DNA from: Deltaproteobacteria bacterium
GTDB lineage: Bacteria > Myxococcota_A > UBA796 > CAJQPC01
DNA length: 64,000 nucleotides
NCBI GenBank assembly: GCA_016717595.1
Contig: JADKFE010000001.1
Coordinates: 182,445-246,444 of the forward strand
Reading direction: 5' to 3'
A model generated the notes under the pieces. The model worked only from the letters and a program-made list of their open reading frames with translations, was not told where the DNA came from and searched no databases. The position numbers and the translations under genes were made by a program. Shown one piece after another: positions 35,229 to 48,161 of the stretch; positions within the stretch are counted from its first letter, which is position 1, and each line of letters begins with the position of its first letter.

Positions 35229-38200
35229 ATGTTCAGCGACCTGCTGTCCCCCGTAGAGCTTGAGGCCGACATCTTGGCCTTCTGGCGCGAGAACGACATC
35301 TTCGAGGAGGGCCTGCGCATCAGCCGAGGCCGCCCGGAGTGGATCTTCTACGAGGGCCCGCCCACGGCGAACGGCCTGCCGCACAACGGCCATGTGCTCA
35401 CCCGGGTCATCAAGGATCTTTTCCCGCGCTACAAGACGATGCGGGGCTTTCATGTGCGGCGCAAGGCGGGCTGGGACACCCATGGCCTGCCGGTGGAGGT
35501 CGAGGTCGAGAAGACGCTGGGCATCCACGGCCGCGAGGCCATCGAGGCCTACGGGCTTGAGCCCTTCGCCCGCAAATGTGTCGAGTCGGTGTTCACCTAC
35601 ACGAAGGAGTGGGAGGAGCTCACCGAGCGCATCGGGTTCTGGATCAACCTCGAAGACGCCTACGTCACTTACCACCGCTCCTACGTCGAGAGCGTGTGGT
35701 GGGCGCTCTCTCAGCTCTTCAAGAAGGGCCTGTTGTACCAGTCCCACAAGGTCGTGTGGTGGTGGCCCCAAGGCGGCACGGCGCTCTCCGCGGGGGAGGT
35801 CGGCCAGGGCTACAAGACCGTGGATGATCCCTCGGTGATCGTCCGGTTTCCTGTGGACGGTCAGCCCGGCGTAAGCCTGCTCGCCTGGACGACGACGCCC
35901 TGGACGCTGCCGTCGAACACCGCCATCGCCGTGGGGCCCGCCCTGGACTACGCCGTCGTGGCGTTTGGTGAGGAGCGCCTCATCGTGGCCGCCGCCCTGG
36001 TGGAGCGGTGTTTAGGGCCCGAGGTCACCGTGCTGCGGCGATGAAGGGCGCGGAGCTGGTGGGCTGGCGCTACCAAGGGCCGTACAGCTTCGACACCCCC
36101 GTGGGCGGCGACGGCGGGCGGGTGATCGGCGGCGACTTCGTGAGCTTGGACTCGGGAACCGGCCTCGTACACACCGCCCCGGCCTTCGGTGAGGATGACT
36201 TCCGCGTCGCCAAGCTCAATGGCATCGGCCTCATCCAGCTTGTCGAGCCCAACGGCAACTTCTCGGCGAAGGCGGGCTGGCTGGCGGGCAAGTTCTGCAA
36301 AGACGCCGACAACGACATCATCCGCGATCTCAAAGATCGTGGCTTGTTGTTCAAGCGCGAGACCTACCGCCACGACTACCCCTTCTGCTGGCGGGCGGAC
36401 TCCGATCCCCTCATCCAGTACGCCCGCCCGGCGTGGTTTATCCGCACGACGGCCCTGAACGCTGAAGCGCTGTCCAACAACCAGGCGGTGCGCTGGCTGC
36501 CCGAGCATGTCAAGGAGGGCCGCTTCGGCGACTTCTTACGCAACAACGTGGACTGGGCGCTCAGCCGCGAGCGTTTCTGGGGCACGCCCCTGAACATCTG
36601 GCGCTGCCCCGACTGTGGTGAGATGATGGCCCCGGCCTCCACAGCGGAGATCCGGGCGCTCAACCCTGACGCGTTTGATCCAACAGTAGACGAGCACCTC
36701 CAGGTGCACCGCCCGTGGATTGATCGGGTGACCTTGCCCTGCAGCGCCTGCGGCGGCACGATGGTGCGGGCGCCGGAGGTCATCGACTGCTGGTTTGACT
36801 CGGGCTGTATGCCCTTCGCCCAGTGGGGCTTCCCGCACCAGGGTGTGGAGGCGTTTAAGGCGAGCTTCCCCGCCGACTTCATCAGCGAGGCCGTCGACCA
36901 GACCCGCGGCTGGTTCTACTCGCTGTTGATGATCTCCACGCTCCTGTTTGACAAGGAGAGCTGCGCGGAGCTGGGCTTGGGCGATGTGGGCGAGGCGCGG
37001 CCCTACAAGACCTGTATGGTGCTCGGCCATGTGTGTGACATGGACGGCAAGAAGGAGTCCAAGTCCAAAGGCAACTACACCAGCCCCGATCTGGTGATGA
37101 CCGGGCGGGTGCGGCAGCAGGTGGTGCCCGACACACGGCTCAAGCCGGGCCAGCTCGGGCTCAAAGAGGCCCAGGTGCGGGCGCTGGACTTGGGCGCTGA
37201 AGACCGCTTCACGGCGACGGGCCCCGAGGGGCAGAGCATGGCCCTTGAGGTGGTCGTCTGTGAGGTGAAGGGCAAAGACATCATGGGGATGCACCCTGAC
37301 GACATCGCCGCCTTGGGCCTCGCGCCCGAGAAGGACGGCGCCACGCGGGTGAACCTCAAGGCGCCCTTTGAGCCGCCGGGGGCTGATGCCTTCCGCTGGC
37401 TGTTCACCAGCTCCAACCCGCCGTGGAACAACACCCGCCTGAGCCTGCGGGCCATCCGGGAGGGCCAGCGCGACTTCTTGATGCGCCTCAAGAACGTACA
37501 CAGCTTCTTCACGATCTACGCGAAGATCGCCGGGTTTGACCCCAACGCCCCCGCCGCCCGGGCGCCGAAGGACCGCGGCCCGCTGGACCGCTGGATCCTG
37601 CACGAGCTGAACACAGTCAACGCCCAGGTGATCGCCGCCTTGGACGACTACCATGCTCTACGACGCGGCGCAGGCCCTGCGCGGCTTCGTGGAGAGCCTG
37701 TCCAACTGGTATGTGCGCCGGTCGCGTGAACGTTTCTGGGGCGAGGGCCCCGAGACCCAAGACGCGCTCACCACCTTGTATGAGGTGCTCACCCGGCTCT
37801 CCCGGCTGATCGCGCCGTTCGTGCCGTTCACCGCAGAGGCCATGTACCTCAGCCTTGAGGCCGGTCAGCGCAAAGGGGCCTTGGCGTCTGTGCACCACAC
37901 GGCCTACCCCACGCCGGATGAGGACGCCCTGGCGCCGGAGCTGGCTGAAGACATGGCGCTTCTGCGGGAGCTGGCGAGCTTGGGCCTCGCGGCGCGAAAG
38001 AGCGTCGGCGTGCGTGTGCGCCAGCCCCTTCGGGCCCTGGAGGTGATCTTGGCCCGCCCCGAGCGCGCCGAGCGCCTCGCGCCGCTGCTGCCGCTGCTGC
38101 TGGACGAGCTCAACGTGCGGGAGATCCACTTCTCCCAGGAGCCCGAGCGGTTCGTCGAGTTTAAGGTGAAGGCCAACTTTAAGGCCCTGGGCAAACGTCT

Positions 38201-38675
38201 GGGCAAAGACATGAAGCTCTGCCAGACGATGATCACCGGCATGGACCCGGCGGCGGTGCGTCGGGCGGTCTTGGGCGACGGCCTGCGCCTGGAGCTGCCG
38301 AGCGGCGAGGTGGTCTTGGGTCTGGAGGAGGTCGTGGTGGAGGTGAGCCCCCGGGAGCACTTCCAGGCCGCGGGCTCGGCGAGCGCCGTGGTGGCCCTGC
38401 ACGCGGATCTCGACGACGATCTCCGCGAGGAGGGCCTCGCGCGGGAGGTGCTCAGCCGCGTACAGACGATCCGCCGCGAGCTTAACTTGGGCTACACCCA
38501 GCGCATCGACCTCAGCATCGACGGCGACCCCGCCTTGGTGAAGGCCGCCGAGCGGTTCCGCGAGCACCTCAGCCGAGAGTCCCTCGTGCGCCAGTGGGGC
38601 GCGGGAGACGGCGGCGAGGCGCGCACGCTGGACGTCGATGGGCTGCCGCTGATCCTGCGGGTGAGCCCGGTTTGA
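35229..38675 (+). pseudogene. ileS: isoleucine--tRNA ligase, two frame breaks as sequenced (probably sequence errors)
   Basis: '[20 protein letters not shown]' (HIGH-type), 'GWDTHGLP', 'WRCPDCG', 'KESKSKGN' (KMSKS-type), 'SNWYVRRSRERFW'. The protein continues across three track ORFs, with switches near 36025-36040 and 37648-37656. Confidence 0.85.
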
Positions 38676-38725
38676 GCGAGCCCTGAGCCCTCGCCCCCGG
38701 CAGATCGCCGGGGGAGGCCGAGGGT

Positions 38726-39826
38726 GTGCTACAACCAGCGTCCGCCGGAGGTCCAGTGGACGTCACCCTCATCGGAAACTCGCCCGCCGTGCTCACCGCG
38801 GGCATCCTGCTGATCTCCAAGGCGCGCAGCTTCGGGCTGCCGTCGCCGCGGGTGGCGATCATCGGCGATCCCGACCAGATCACCCCTGTAGAGGGCCCCG
38901 CGGTGCTGCACTCCCATGTGTTGGCGTCCTGCGGGGTGGGCCGCGAGCTGAGCCGCGGCGCCTTGGTCGTGGTGCCCGGCCCGCCGGACGCGCCGCTGAT
39001 GGTGAGCTTCGCCAAGGACGGGCGCTCGGGCTGGTTCCAGATCGACATGGCCGGCGGCGGCCTGCACCCCGCCACCCAAGGGCTGATGCGCCTCTCGCGA
39101 GATCCCCGCCCCGTGGCCCGAGAGGCCAGCCGCCGCCTGCGCCGGGTGCTCTCAGGCCTGGGCATCCCGTCTGAGCCCGCGCTCTTGGACCTGCTCTTCG
39201 CCGCGCCCGAGCCGCCGCTCTCCCGCATCGCCTTGGCCTTACGCGCCGCGCGCTCGCTCACCGGCGAGGAGGGCAGCCCCATGACGCGGCTGCTCACCCC
39301 CGAGCACGGCGTCTGCCCCGACCCGCTGCCCTTGGGCGTGACCGGCGAAGAGGTGCTCGCCCGCCGCGCCGATGGCCGCCTGGAGCCCCTGCTCGGCCGG
39401 GTGCGGGTTCACGCCCGGGACGCCCTGGAGGAGTGGCTCGACGACATCGCCGCCTTGGCCAAAGAGGACGGAGGCCGTGATCTCGCGCTCTTGGGCGCCT
39501 TGGCCGAGCTGGGAGGTCACCTGGGGATGTTGCCCGCGAGCTCGATGTTGCCGCCGCCCGACAGCGCCGCGGACACCGTGGCCACGGGCATCGGCGCGGC
39601 CTTGGGCGCGTCCGTGGGCGAGCGTGACGCCAGCCGCTCCTTGGTGACCATCTTCCGCTTCTTGGGCGGCCGCTTCGTCACCGAGGCCCGGCACCCCATC
39701 CGCCTGATGGACGCCGAGCCCCCGGCGGGCCGCCTGGAGCGCTGGCAGTGGTTCGCCCAGGCCGTGGCCGAGTCCGCCGACGCCGTAGACTCCTTGTGGC
39801 GGCGGGTGATCGACCCGGCGAGCTAA
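38726..39826 (+). CDS. hypothetical protein
   Basis: 366-aa ORF. N-terminal 'VDVTLIGNSPAVLTAGILL' could be a dinucleotide-binding beta-alpha-beta, but the family is not recognised. Confidence 0.4.
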   Translation: MLQPASAGGPVDVTLIGNSPAVLTAGILLISKARSFGLPSPRVAIIGDPDQITPVEGPAVLHSHVLASCGVGRELSRGALVVVPGPPDAPLMVSFAKDGRSGWFQIDMAGGGLHPATQGLMRLSRDPRPVAREASRRLRRVLSGLGIPSEPALLDLLFAAPEPPLSRIALALRAARSLTGEEGSPMTRLLTPEHGVCPDPLPLGVTGEEVLARRADGRLEPLLGRVRVHARDALEEWLDDIAALAKEDGGRDLALLGALAELGGHLGMLPASSMLPPPDSAADTVATGIGAALGASVGERDASRSLVTIFRFLGGRFVTEARHPIRLMDAEPPAGRLERWQWFAQAVAESADAVDSLWRRVIDPAS

Positions 39827-39833
39827 GCGCCGC

Positions 39834-40349
39834 TCAGGCCTCACCCAGCCGCTTCGCCCCGGCGGGCGGGCCCGGCAGCGCAGGCAGGCCGCTCACCGGG
39901 CGCTCAAGCCACGCCTCACCGTCGTGTTGGAACGCCTTCACCTCCGCGACGTGCCCGTCAAACACCGCCACCACCACCTGAGCGGCGTCGGGGAAGCTGG
40001 GCTGGCCAAACGGCGCGGCGGCGGCGATGTCTGTGGCCGAGAGATAGGCCGGGTGCCCGGGGTGCGAGTGAACGATGGCGAGGAGCGCCTCTCCTTGGGC
40101 CTCGGCGGCGTCGATCAGGCGCTGGAGCTTCAATGGGTCCATGGCGTAGGCCGTGCGGGCGTCGCGGGGGTACGCCGCCGGGTCCATCGTGTGCAGTCGG
40201 CCCTGAAGGTTGGGCATGGGCACAAACCGGGCGGCGTGGGGATCTGACACAGAGCCCAAGACCACGCCGCAGCCCTCCTCGGGGAAGCAGGAGATCAGGT
40301 GGTTGAACAGCTCGGCGAGGGCGGGGGAGGGCAGGTGCAGCGGGCGCAT
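39834..40349 (-). CDS. MPN/JAMM (Mov34) family metallopeptidase
   Basis: 'EEGCGVVLG' Glu and the JAMM motif 'HSHPGHPAYLSATD' (HxHx7Sx2D). ATG 40349 is preferred. Confidence 0.75.
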   Translation of the reverse strand: MRPLHLPSPALAELFNHLISCFPEEGCGVVLGSVSDPHAARFVPMPNLQGRLHTMDPAAYPRDARTAYAMDPLKLQRLIDAAEAQGEALLAIVHSHPGHPAYLSATDIAAAAPFGQPSFPDAAQVVVAVFDGHVAEVKAFQHDGEAWLERPVSGLPALPGPPAGAKRLGEA

Positions 40350-40460
40350 CGGGGCTCCTGAGGGGGTGGAGGAGGCGCCGGGCGAAGATGCGCGCGGCGG
40401 CGTCAGGGTCAAGCCCGGCGCGAGGGGTTACCCTACCCCCGACGATGGCTGAGGTGCCCG

Positions 40461-41372
40461 ATGTTCGCCTGCCCCAAGACCCGCGCCCCGCTTCAAGACT
40501 GGTACTCCCAGGCCGCCGACACGCTCTACCCCGTGCTCGACGGCCTGCCGGTGCTGGTGCCCGACCCCCACCGCTTCTTGATGCGCCACGGGCCTTGGGA
40601 CCCAGGCTATGGCGCGGCGGGAGAGCCCCGCGAGCCCTTGGGCGTGGCCGAGACCGACGCCGTGACGCCGTTTTTGCCCCCGTCGCGGCTGCCCCTGCGC
40701 CCCCTGCTCACCGAGGTGATGCACACCCTTGGCGACCGCGACCCGGAGAGCGTCTGCGCGGCCTGGGCGGCGGAGCGCGCGATGAGCGGCCCGGCGGTGG
40801 ACTGGGGCTGCGGGGTGGGCACGATGAGCTACAAGATGGCGCGGCTGGGCCGAGAGGTCTACGCCTTGGACCGCTCGCTGGAGGCCGTGAGCTTGGCCCG
40901 CGCGCTCCTCACGGGCGGGATCGATGAGCTGTGGGTGCCCACCCACCGCGGCGGCGCCGAGGCCACACGCCCGCCGATCTCTGTGGTCAACACGCCCACC
41001 CACTTCGCCGTGGCCGACGTGCGGCACCCGCCCTTGGCCCCCGGGCGCTTCACCTGGGTTCACCTGGGCATGATCCTCGACGGCCTGAGCGCCGACGACC
41101 AGGTCGACGCCCTCGCCGGCGCCGTCGAGGCCTTGGCGCCGGGCGGGATGTTGACCCTCACGACGGCCTATGACACCGGGCCGGCCTTGCCCGCCCAGCC
41201 CCGGCCCGAGCCTGAGCTGCACGAGGCGCTCACGGCCTTGGGCATGAGCCTGATGGCTGAAGAGGACGACGTGCCGCGGGTGCGGCGGCGCTTTGACCGG
41301 GCGGTGGAGATCACGCTGGTTCACTGCATGGCCTGGCGCAAGGCCGCGGGCACACCGACACGCCGCGCGTGA
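40461..41372 (+). CDS. SAM-dependent methyltransferase with Trm112-like N-terminal segment
   Basis: 'CPKTRAPL...LYPVLDGLPVLV' followed by 'VDWGCGVGT' (motif I). Confidence 0.6.
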   Translation: MFACPKTRAPLQDWYSQAADTLYPVLDGLPVLVPDPHRFLMRHGPWDPGYGAAGEPREPLGVAETDAVTPFLPPSRLPLRPLLTEVMHTLGDRDPESVCAAWAAERAMSGPAVDWGCGVGTMSYKMARLGREVYALDRSLEAVSLARALLTGGIDELWVPTHRGGAEATRPPISVVNTPTHFAVADVRHPPLAPGRFTWVHLGMILDGLSADDQVDALAGAVEALAPGGMLTLTTAYDTGPALPAQPRPEPELHEALTALGMSLMAEEDDVPRVRRRFDRAVEITLVHCMAWRKAAGTPTRRA

Positions 41373-41455
41373 ACCCCGCCGCGTTTGAACCCCACGCTCC
41401 TTGAACCCCCCTGCGCGGTCGGCTACGTTCCGGGGCGATCCCACGGGAGCCCCCG

Positions 41456-42798
41456 ATGAAGCCCGAGCCGCCGAGCGACGCGCCGCGCAAGGTCTACATG
41501 AAGACCTTCGGCTGCCAGATGAACGAGTACGACAGCGGCAAGATGCTGGCCCTGCTCGCGAAGGACGGCTTCACCCCCACTGAAGACGCTGAGGAGGCCG
41601 ATCTCATCCTCGTCAACACCTGCTCCGTGCGCGAGAAGCCCGAGCAGAAGCTGCGCTCGTTCATCGGCGAGGTCCGCCACCACCGCGCCCGGGGCGCCCG
41701 CATCGGCATCGCCGGGTGTATGGCCCAGCACGCCGGAGAGGCGCTGTTTAAGCGCTTTCGTGAGGACGTTGACCTGGTCTTCGGCCCCGATCAGGTGCCC
41801 CGAGTGCGAGAGCTCGTCGAGCGCGCCCAGACCGAGCGTGTGCTCGAGAACCGCTTCATGGACGCCGACGACTACCCCTTCGTGCGTGAGCTCAGCCCCG
41901 AGACGGCGGGCCAGGTGGGCGCCTTCGTCACCATCCAGAAGGGCTGCGACAACAAGTGTACGTTCTGCATCGTGCCCGCGACCCGTGGGGTAGAGCTCTC
42001 TCGCCCCTCCGCGCAGATCTTGGAGGAGGTCCGGGCGCTCACGGCCCGAGGGGTGCGTGAGGTCACCTTGCTCGGCCAGAACGTGAACTCGTATGGCCTC
42101 AAGGTCGGCGGTGAGCTGACCTTCGCGCAGCTCCTCTACGCCGTGGCGGCGGTGCCCGGCGTCGATCGGATTCGGTACACCACGTCTCACCCCCGGGACA
42201 TGGGCCTGGACGTGGTGCAGGCCTACCGCGATCTGCCCCAGCTCACCAGCCACCTGCACCTCCCCGTACAGTCCGGCAGCGACGCCGTGCTGCGGCGCAT
42301 GAAACGGTTTTACAAACGCGCGGACTACCTCGCCCTGGTCGATCGCCTCCAGAGCGCCCGGCCCGATCTCAGCCTCACCACCGACGTCATCGTCGGCTTC
42401 CCCGGCGAGACGGACGAAGACTTTGAGGAGACGATGACGCTTCTGGAGACCGTGCGGTTTGACGGCTCGTTCAGCTTCATGTACTCCCCCCGGCCCGAGA
42501 CCCCGGCGCTCAAGCTGCTCGACGGCGCGGTGCCCGAGTCTGTGATGAAAGCGCGCCTCGCCCGGTTCCAGAAGCGCCAACAAGAGCTGACCTTAGAGGG
42601 CAACAAGCTCATGGAGGGGCAGGTCTACGACGTGCTCATCGAGGGCCCGAGCCGCTGGGATCCGGCGGTGGTCTGCGGCCGCACGTCCACGTTTAAGATG
42701 ATCAACCTCCCCGGTGAGCTTGGCTGGACCGGGCAGACCGTGCCCGTGCGTATCGTGCGCGGCTTCACCAACACCCTTCGCGGCGAGCGCGCGGCCTG

Positions 42799-42799
<1 letters not shown>
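41456..42799 (+). CDS. miaB: tRNA-2-methylthio-N6-dimethylallyladenosine synthase
   Basis: 'YMKTFGCQMNEYDS', 'LVNTCSVREK', radical-SAM 'GCDNKCTFCIVP', and a C-terminal TRAM-like region. Confidence 0.9.
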
Positions 42800-44676
<1,877 letters not shown>

Positions 44677-44682
44677 GCCGCG

Positions 44683-46926
44683 CTAGCCGCCGAGGGTCTC
44701 CGAGCGGGCCTCCGCCAGCTCCCACATCCGAATCCAGGCCTCGGCAGAACGAAACAGAGGCTCTAGATCGGCCTCAGAGGCGGCGTCGCGGCGGGCGTCC
44801 TCCAGAAGCTCTGGCAAGAGCCCGATGTGGATCATGCCCTCGGTGTTAAAATCGACGGCGCGCTCGCCGAGCTGGGGCTGGGCGAAGGTGACGTCCCCGG
44901 CGTACGACTCAAACGGGTAGGTGATGGGGTTGACCTGCTCTGTGCTGCACGCGCCCTCGGCGAAGCGTGGCCCCCGCGATCCCGCGAAGCCGTTGAGATC
45001 AAAGCCCATGGGGGTGCCGGGGTAGCCGCCCTGCGCGGTGATTCGTGCAGCGCTCTCGGTGACGCCACGGACGGAGCTGCCGGGGTCGGCGGCGTCGTGG
45101 CAGCGGCCCAAGCCCACCGTAGAGATGCCGCCCAAGGCGTAGATGCGACCGTCCCAGTGGCGCCCGTGGGTGCCCGCGGCGGGGTAGTCGTGCTCCTCCA
45201 GAAGCTCAAACGCACGTTTGTACGACCAGGCGGGCAGGTGATCGAGCTCGATGATCATGCCCCGGGCCATCATGCCCATCAGCAGCGCCTCGCCAACGTC
45301 GGTGAAGGCGCCGTTCTGGCAGAACTGGCCCTCGGTGGACCCGCCGAGGATCTCCTGCACAAACTCGATCGCCGTGTCGAGAGGGTCGTCGTGAAAGCCG
45401 GTGAAGTCGTGGGGCGGGTCGCTCAGGTACACGTCGCGGGGGAAGTTTAAGGCGGTGAAGCTGATCGCGCCGCCGTCAAAGCCCCGGGGCATGTCGGGCT
45501 CTGGGCAGGAGTCGGTCTTGTTGGTCCAATGACCGCTGTTGAAGAAGTTGCCCAGCTCCAAGAAGTCGCCGGAGCCGTCGCCGGGGGTGAAGCGGTTGTC
45601 GTATTTGTGGTTGGGGAACAGGGCGCGGACGCCGCGCTCATAATATTCGTCGAGCTTCGCCTCGACGTAGGCCTCATCACAGACCGGGCCGCCGGGGCGC
45701 GGGGTGAGGTGGCAGTCGAAGAGATCCGACGTCTCAATGCCCAACACCACGGCGAGCTTCCCGGCGGCGATGACCTCTCGGGCCTCGGCGGGGCTCTGAA
45801 CGATGCGGAACCAGCCTTTGCCCTCTCCGCCGTGCTGGGCGTCGATGTAGCGCTGCATCGCCCAGGTCTCGTCGATGATGCGGTCTACGGCGGTCATGTC
45901 TTCGCAGTCGTACCGGGAGGGCGCGATGCCTTCGCCCACCATAAAGTTGCAGATGATGGCGTTGGTGGTGGCGTGCTGAATCTCTAGGCGCAGGCCCGCC
46001 ATCCAGGCGCGCTCTAACCAGCGGTAATACTGTACTTGGTGTGTGGAGCGTTTGACGGCGTTTGGCCAGTCGGGGAAGGTGGGGTAACCGGCGGTGAGGT
46101 GGTTATCGACGCTCAGCTCCCCTTCAACAAGATCCCCGAGCACGGCGGTGAGGTCTCCGGTGCTGTTGCCCGAGCCGTCGTAGATGTAGCCGAAGAAGTC
46201 GTGACGCCCGGCGGGGCCATGAATGGCCTCACAGTCGGGGAGCGCGTGGGGCACGCCCAGGCGGTGAAACGCCGCGCCGTGGTAGATGCCGCCGCCGAAG
46301 GAGAGGTTGGACAGCAGGTGAGAGTGCGCATCGACGATCCCGTACAGTGTGCCGTCGTCAAACGTCGTCTTCGTGATGCTGCCCGCGGCGTCTAAGGAGA
46401 GCTCGGGGAACACCGCGCAGCCCACCGCGGGCTCAAGCGTGATCGCCAGGGCGTCGCCCTCCTCCATGACCAGGCCGTCGCGGCCCAGCCAGGCGTCGTT
46501 TCGGCGGTTGTGGAGCTGGTATCGTTCGCCGCCGCGAGACGAGGGCTCCAGCGCCCACTCACCGCCGGAGATGAACGTCTCGTCGATGACGCCGCCGACG
46601 ATTCGTGACAGCTCGGACTGTAAGGCGGGCTCCCGGGTGACAAGCTCGGTGTTGGCGACGAGGTATTGTTCAGCCTCGTCAAAGAGCAGATAGACGCCGA
46701 GGTCGGCGGCCTGAAGGCGGAATCGGGCGGCCTGATCTTCTGCGCCGCGCTCCCAGGTGTAGCTGCCCTCGCCGGGGACCAGCCAGCGCTTGTCTTGGCG
46801 CAGAGAGACACACTGGCCGGACCAGCCCTCGACGTCGAGGCCCTCGACGACGGGCTCACGGTCACATCCGGCGAGCAGGGGGGTGAGGAGGGCGAGGGTG
46901 GGGAGCGTGCGAAGGAGGCTGTGCAT
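44683..46926 (-). CDS. lipoprotein, putative TIM-barrel metal-dependent hydrolase (M19-dipeptidase-like)
   Basis: Lipobox 'LLAGC' after ATG 46926. 'GIVDAHSHL', 'VLGIETSDLF', 'YYERGVRALFPNHKYDNRF'. The assignment is weak. Confidence 0.4.
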   Translation of the reverse strand: MHSLLRTLPTLALLTPLLAGCDREPVVEGLDVEGWSGQCVSLRQDKRWLVPGEGSYTWERGAEDQAARFRLQAADLGVYLLFDEAEQYLVANTELVTREPALQSELSRIVGGVIDETFISGGEWALEPSSRGGERYQLHNRRNDAWLGRDGLVMEEGDALAITLEPAVGCAVFPELSLDAAGSITKTTFDDGTLYGIVDAHSHLLSNLSFGGGIYHGAAFHRLGVPHALPDCEAIHGPAGRHDFFGYIYDGSGNSTGDLTAVLGDLVEGELSVDNHLTAGYPTFPDWPNAVKRSTHQVQYYRWLERAWMAGLRLEIQHATTNAIICNFMVGEGIAPSRYDCEDMTAVDRIIDETWAMQRYIDAQHGGEGKGWFRIVQSPAEAREVIAAGKLAVVLGIETSDLFDCHLTPRPGGPVCDEAYVEAKLDEYYERGVRALFPNHKYDNRFTPGDGSGDFLELGNFFNSGHWTNKTDSCPEPDMPRGFDGGAISFTALNFPRDVYLSDPPHDFTGFHDDPLDTAIEFVQEILGGSTEGQFCQNGAFTDVGEALLMGMMARGMIIELDHLPAWSYKRAFELLEEHDYPAAGTHGRHWDGRIYALGGISTVGLGRCHDAADPGSSVRGVTESAARITAQGGYPGTPMGFDLNGFAGSRGPRFAEGACSTEQVNPITYPFESYAGDVTFAQPQLGERAVDFNTEGMIHIGLLPELLEDARRDAASEADLEPLFRSAEAWIRMWELAEARSETLGG

Positions 46927-47191
46927 CCCGGCATCATATCGTGCAAGGCGCGGAGGTGGGCGGCGGCGTGACATGTTCTGCGCCCCGGCGATCGACCGGA
47001 TCCGCTCCTCTCAGGCGTGGTTCATGGTGAGCGGGCTGCTGGGGCGCTCATGACGATGTGGCCTTGTGGCACGGCGCTTTGAGGCTAAAAAGTTGGGCGT
47101 AACGCGTCCATGTAAGCGGCGTGTAAGCGTAGAGAAGGCCCGTGGGCCGTTTGAGCGTGAGAACCTGCGCAACAACCCTCACGGAGCCGAT

Positions 47192-47845
47192 ATGCACCGC
47201 AGCTCGCTCATCTGTCTCATCCCCCTCGCGTTCGCCTTTGGCGGCGACGAGGCCCAGGCCCAAGACCAGGGCACGAGCGTACAGCTCGCCTTTGACCTCC
47301 CCATCGCCGCCCGCGACCTTCGCCGCGCGGGTGTGCCCGAGCCCGAGGTCAAGATCGTCCTCAGCTCCAGCCGCGACAAGGGCCTACGCGCGCACGAGGC
47401 CGACGCGCTCATTCGTAGCGCCGAGCGTGACGTGAAGGAGCGCGGGCCGGTGGATAACTTCGGCGCCTTCGTTCAGTCCAAGCTCGATGAGGGCCTTCGG
47501 GGCAAAGACCTCGCCGCCGCCATTCACGCCGAGCATGAGGCGCGCGGCAAAGGCCACGGCAAGGGGAATGACGATCACGGCAAAGACGATGACGATCACG
47601 ACGACGACGATGACCACGGGAAGGGTCACGATGATCGTGGGAAGGACGATGATCACGGCAAAGACGATGATCACGGCAAGGGCGGCGATCGTGGCAAAGG
47701 CGATGACCGTGGCAAGGACGACGATCACGGCAAGGACGATGATCACGGCAAAGGCGGTGACCACAAGAAGGCCCCAGAGGTGGGCGGTGGAAAACCCGCG
47801 GGCGCTGGCGGCGGCAAGGCCCAGAGCGGCGGGAGCCGTCGATGA
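47192..47845 (+). CDS. secreted His/Asp/Lys/Gly-rich repeat protein
   Basis: Signal-like 'MHRSSLICLIPLAFAFGGDEAQA'. The C-terminal ~75 aa read 'GHGKGNDDHGKDDDDHDDDDDHGKGHDDRGKDDDHGKDDDHGKGGDRGKGDDRGKDDDHGKDDDHGKGGDHKK'. Confidence 0.6.
   Translation: MHRSSLICLIPLAFAFGGDEAQAQDQGTSVQLAFDLPIAARDLRRAGVPEPEVKIVLSSSRDKGLRAHEADALIRSAERDVKERGPVDNFGAFVQSKLDEGLRGKDLAAAIHAEHEARGKGHGKGNDDHGKDDDDHDDDDDHGKGHDDRGKDDDHGKDDDHGKGGDRGKGDDRGKDDDHGKDDDHGKGGDHKKAPEVGGGKPAGAGGGKAQSGGSRR
47552..47770 (+). repeat. imperfect ~18-nt tandem repeats (gacgatgatcacggcaaa-like) encoding the DDDHGK units
   Basis: Repeated 'gatgatcacggcaa(a/g)g(a/g)c' units are visible in lines 47521-47770. Confidence 0.7.
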
Positions 47846-48120
47846 GCCGCCTCACCTCTACGCTCAGCTCTACGCTCAGCACAGCGTTCATGGCGCTCTC
47901 GTTGTCCCTGCTCCTCGCCTGCGGCGGCGCGACCGAGGCGCCCGCCGCCGATGACGTGTCTCGCGCCGCCCGAGTCGCCCTCGCGGTTCAGTCTGGCGTG
48001 GCCGAGGCTGAGGCCCTCAAGGCCGAGGGCCTCAGCGCGGAGCAGCTCGACGGGATGCTGTATGACATCGCCGCAGATCCGGCACAGTCAGAGGCCTACG
48101 CCACGCTGCTTGGACGTTAG
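47842..48120 (+). CDS. small lipoprotein
   Basis: Lipobox 'LLLAC'. 92 aa. ATGA overlap with the upstream gene. Confidence 0.5.
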   Translation: MSRLTSTLSSTLSTAFMALSLSLLLACGGATEAPAADDVSRAARVALAVQSGVAEAEALKAEGLSAEQLDGMLYDIAADPAQSEAYATLLGR

Positions 48121-48132
48121 TGCGTGCGCCGT

Positions 48133-48161
48133 CTCGGGGAGAGGTTAGTCCTCTCCCCGAG
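48133..48161. terminator. perfect 12-bp stem hairpin between convergent genes
   Basis: ctcggggagagg (48133-48144), ttagt loop, cctctccccgag (48150-48161). The stop codon of the minus-strand VWA gene lies in the loop. There is no clear U-tract. Confidence 0.4.

Noticed and set aside
47067-47082. Sigma-54-like promoter TGGCACGgcgcTTTGA, about 110 nt upstream of the His-rich protein gene.
   Set aside because: The -24 TGGCAC is perfect, but at the fixed GG-N10-GC spacing the -12 dinucleotide is TG, not GC. A near-identical 'tgtggcacggcgc' also occurs inside the MBOAT coding sequence (about 21352), so it may be chance. Not called as a feature.
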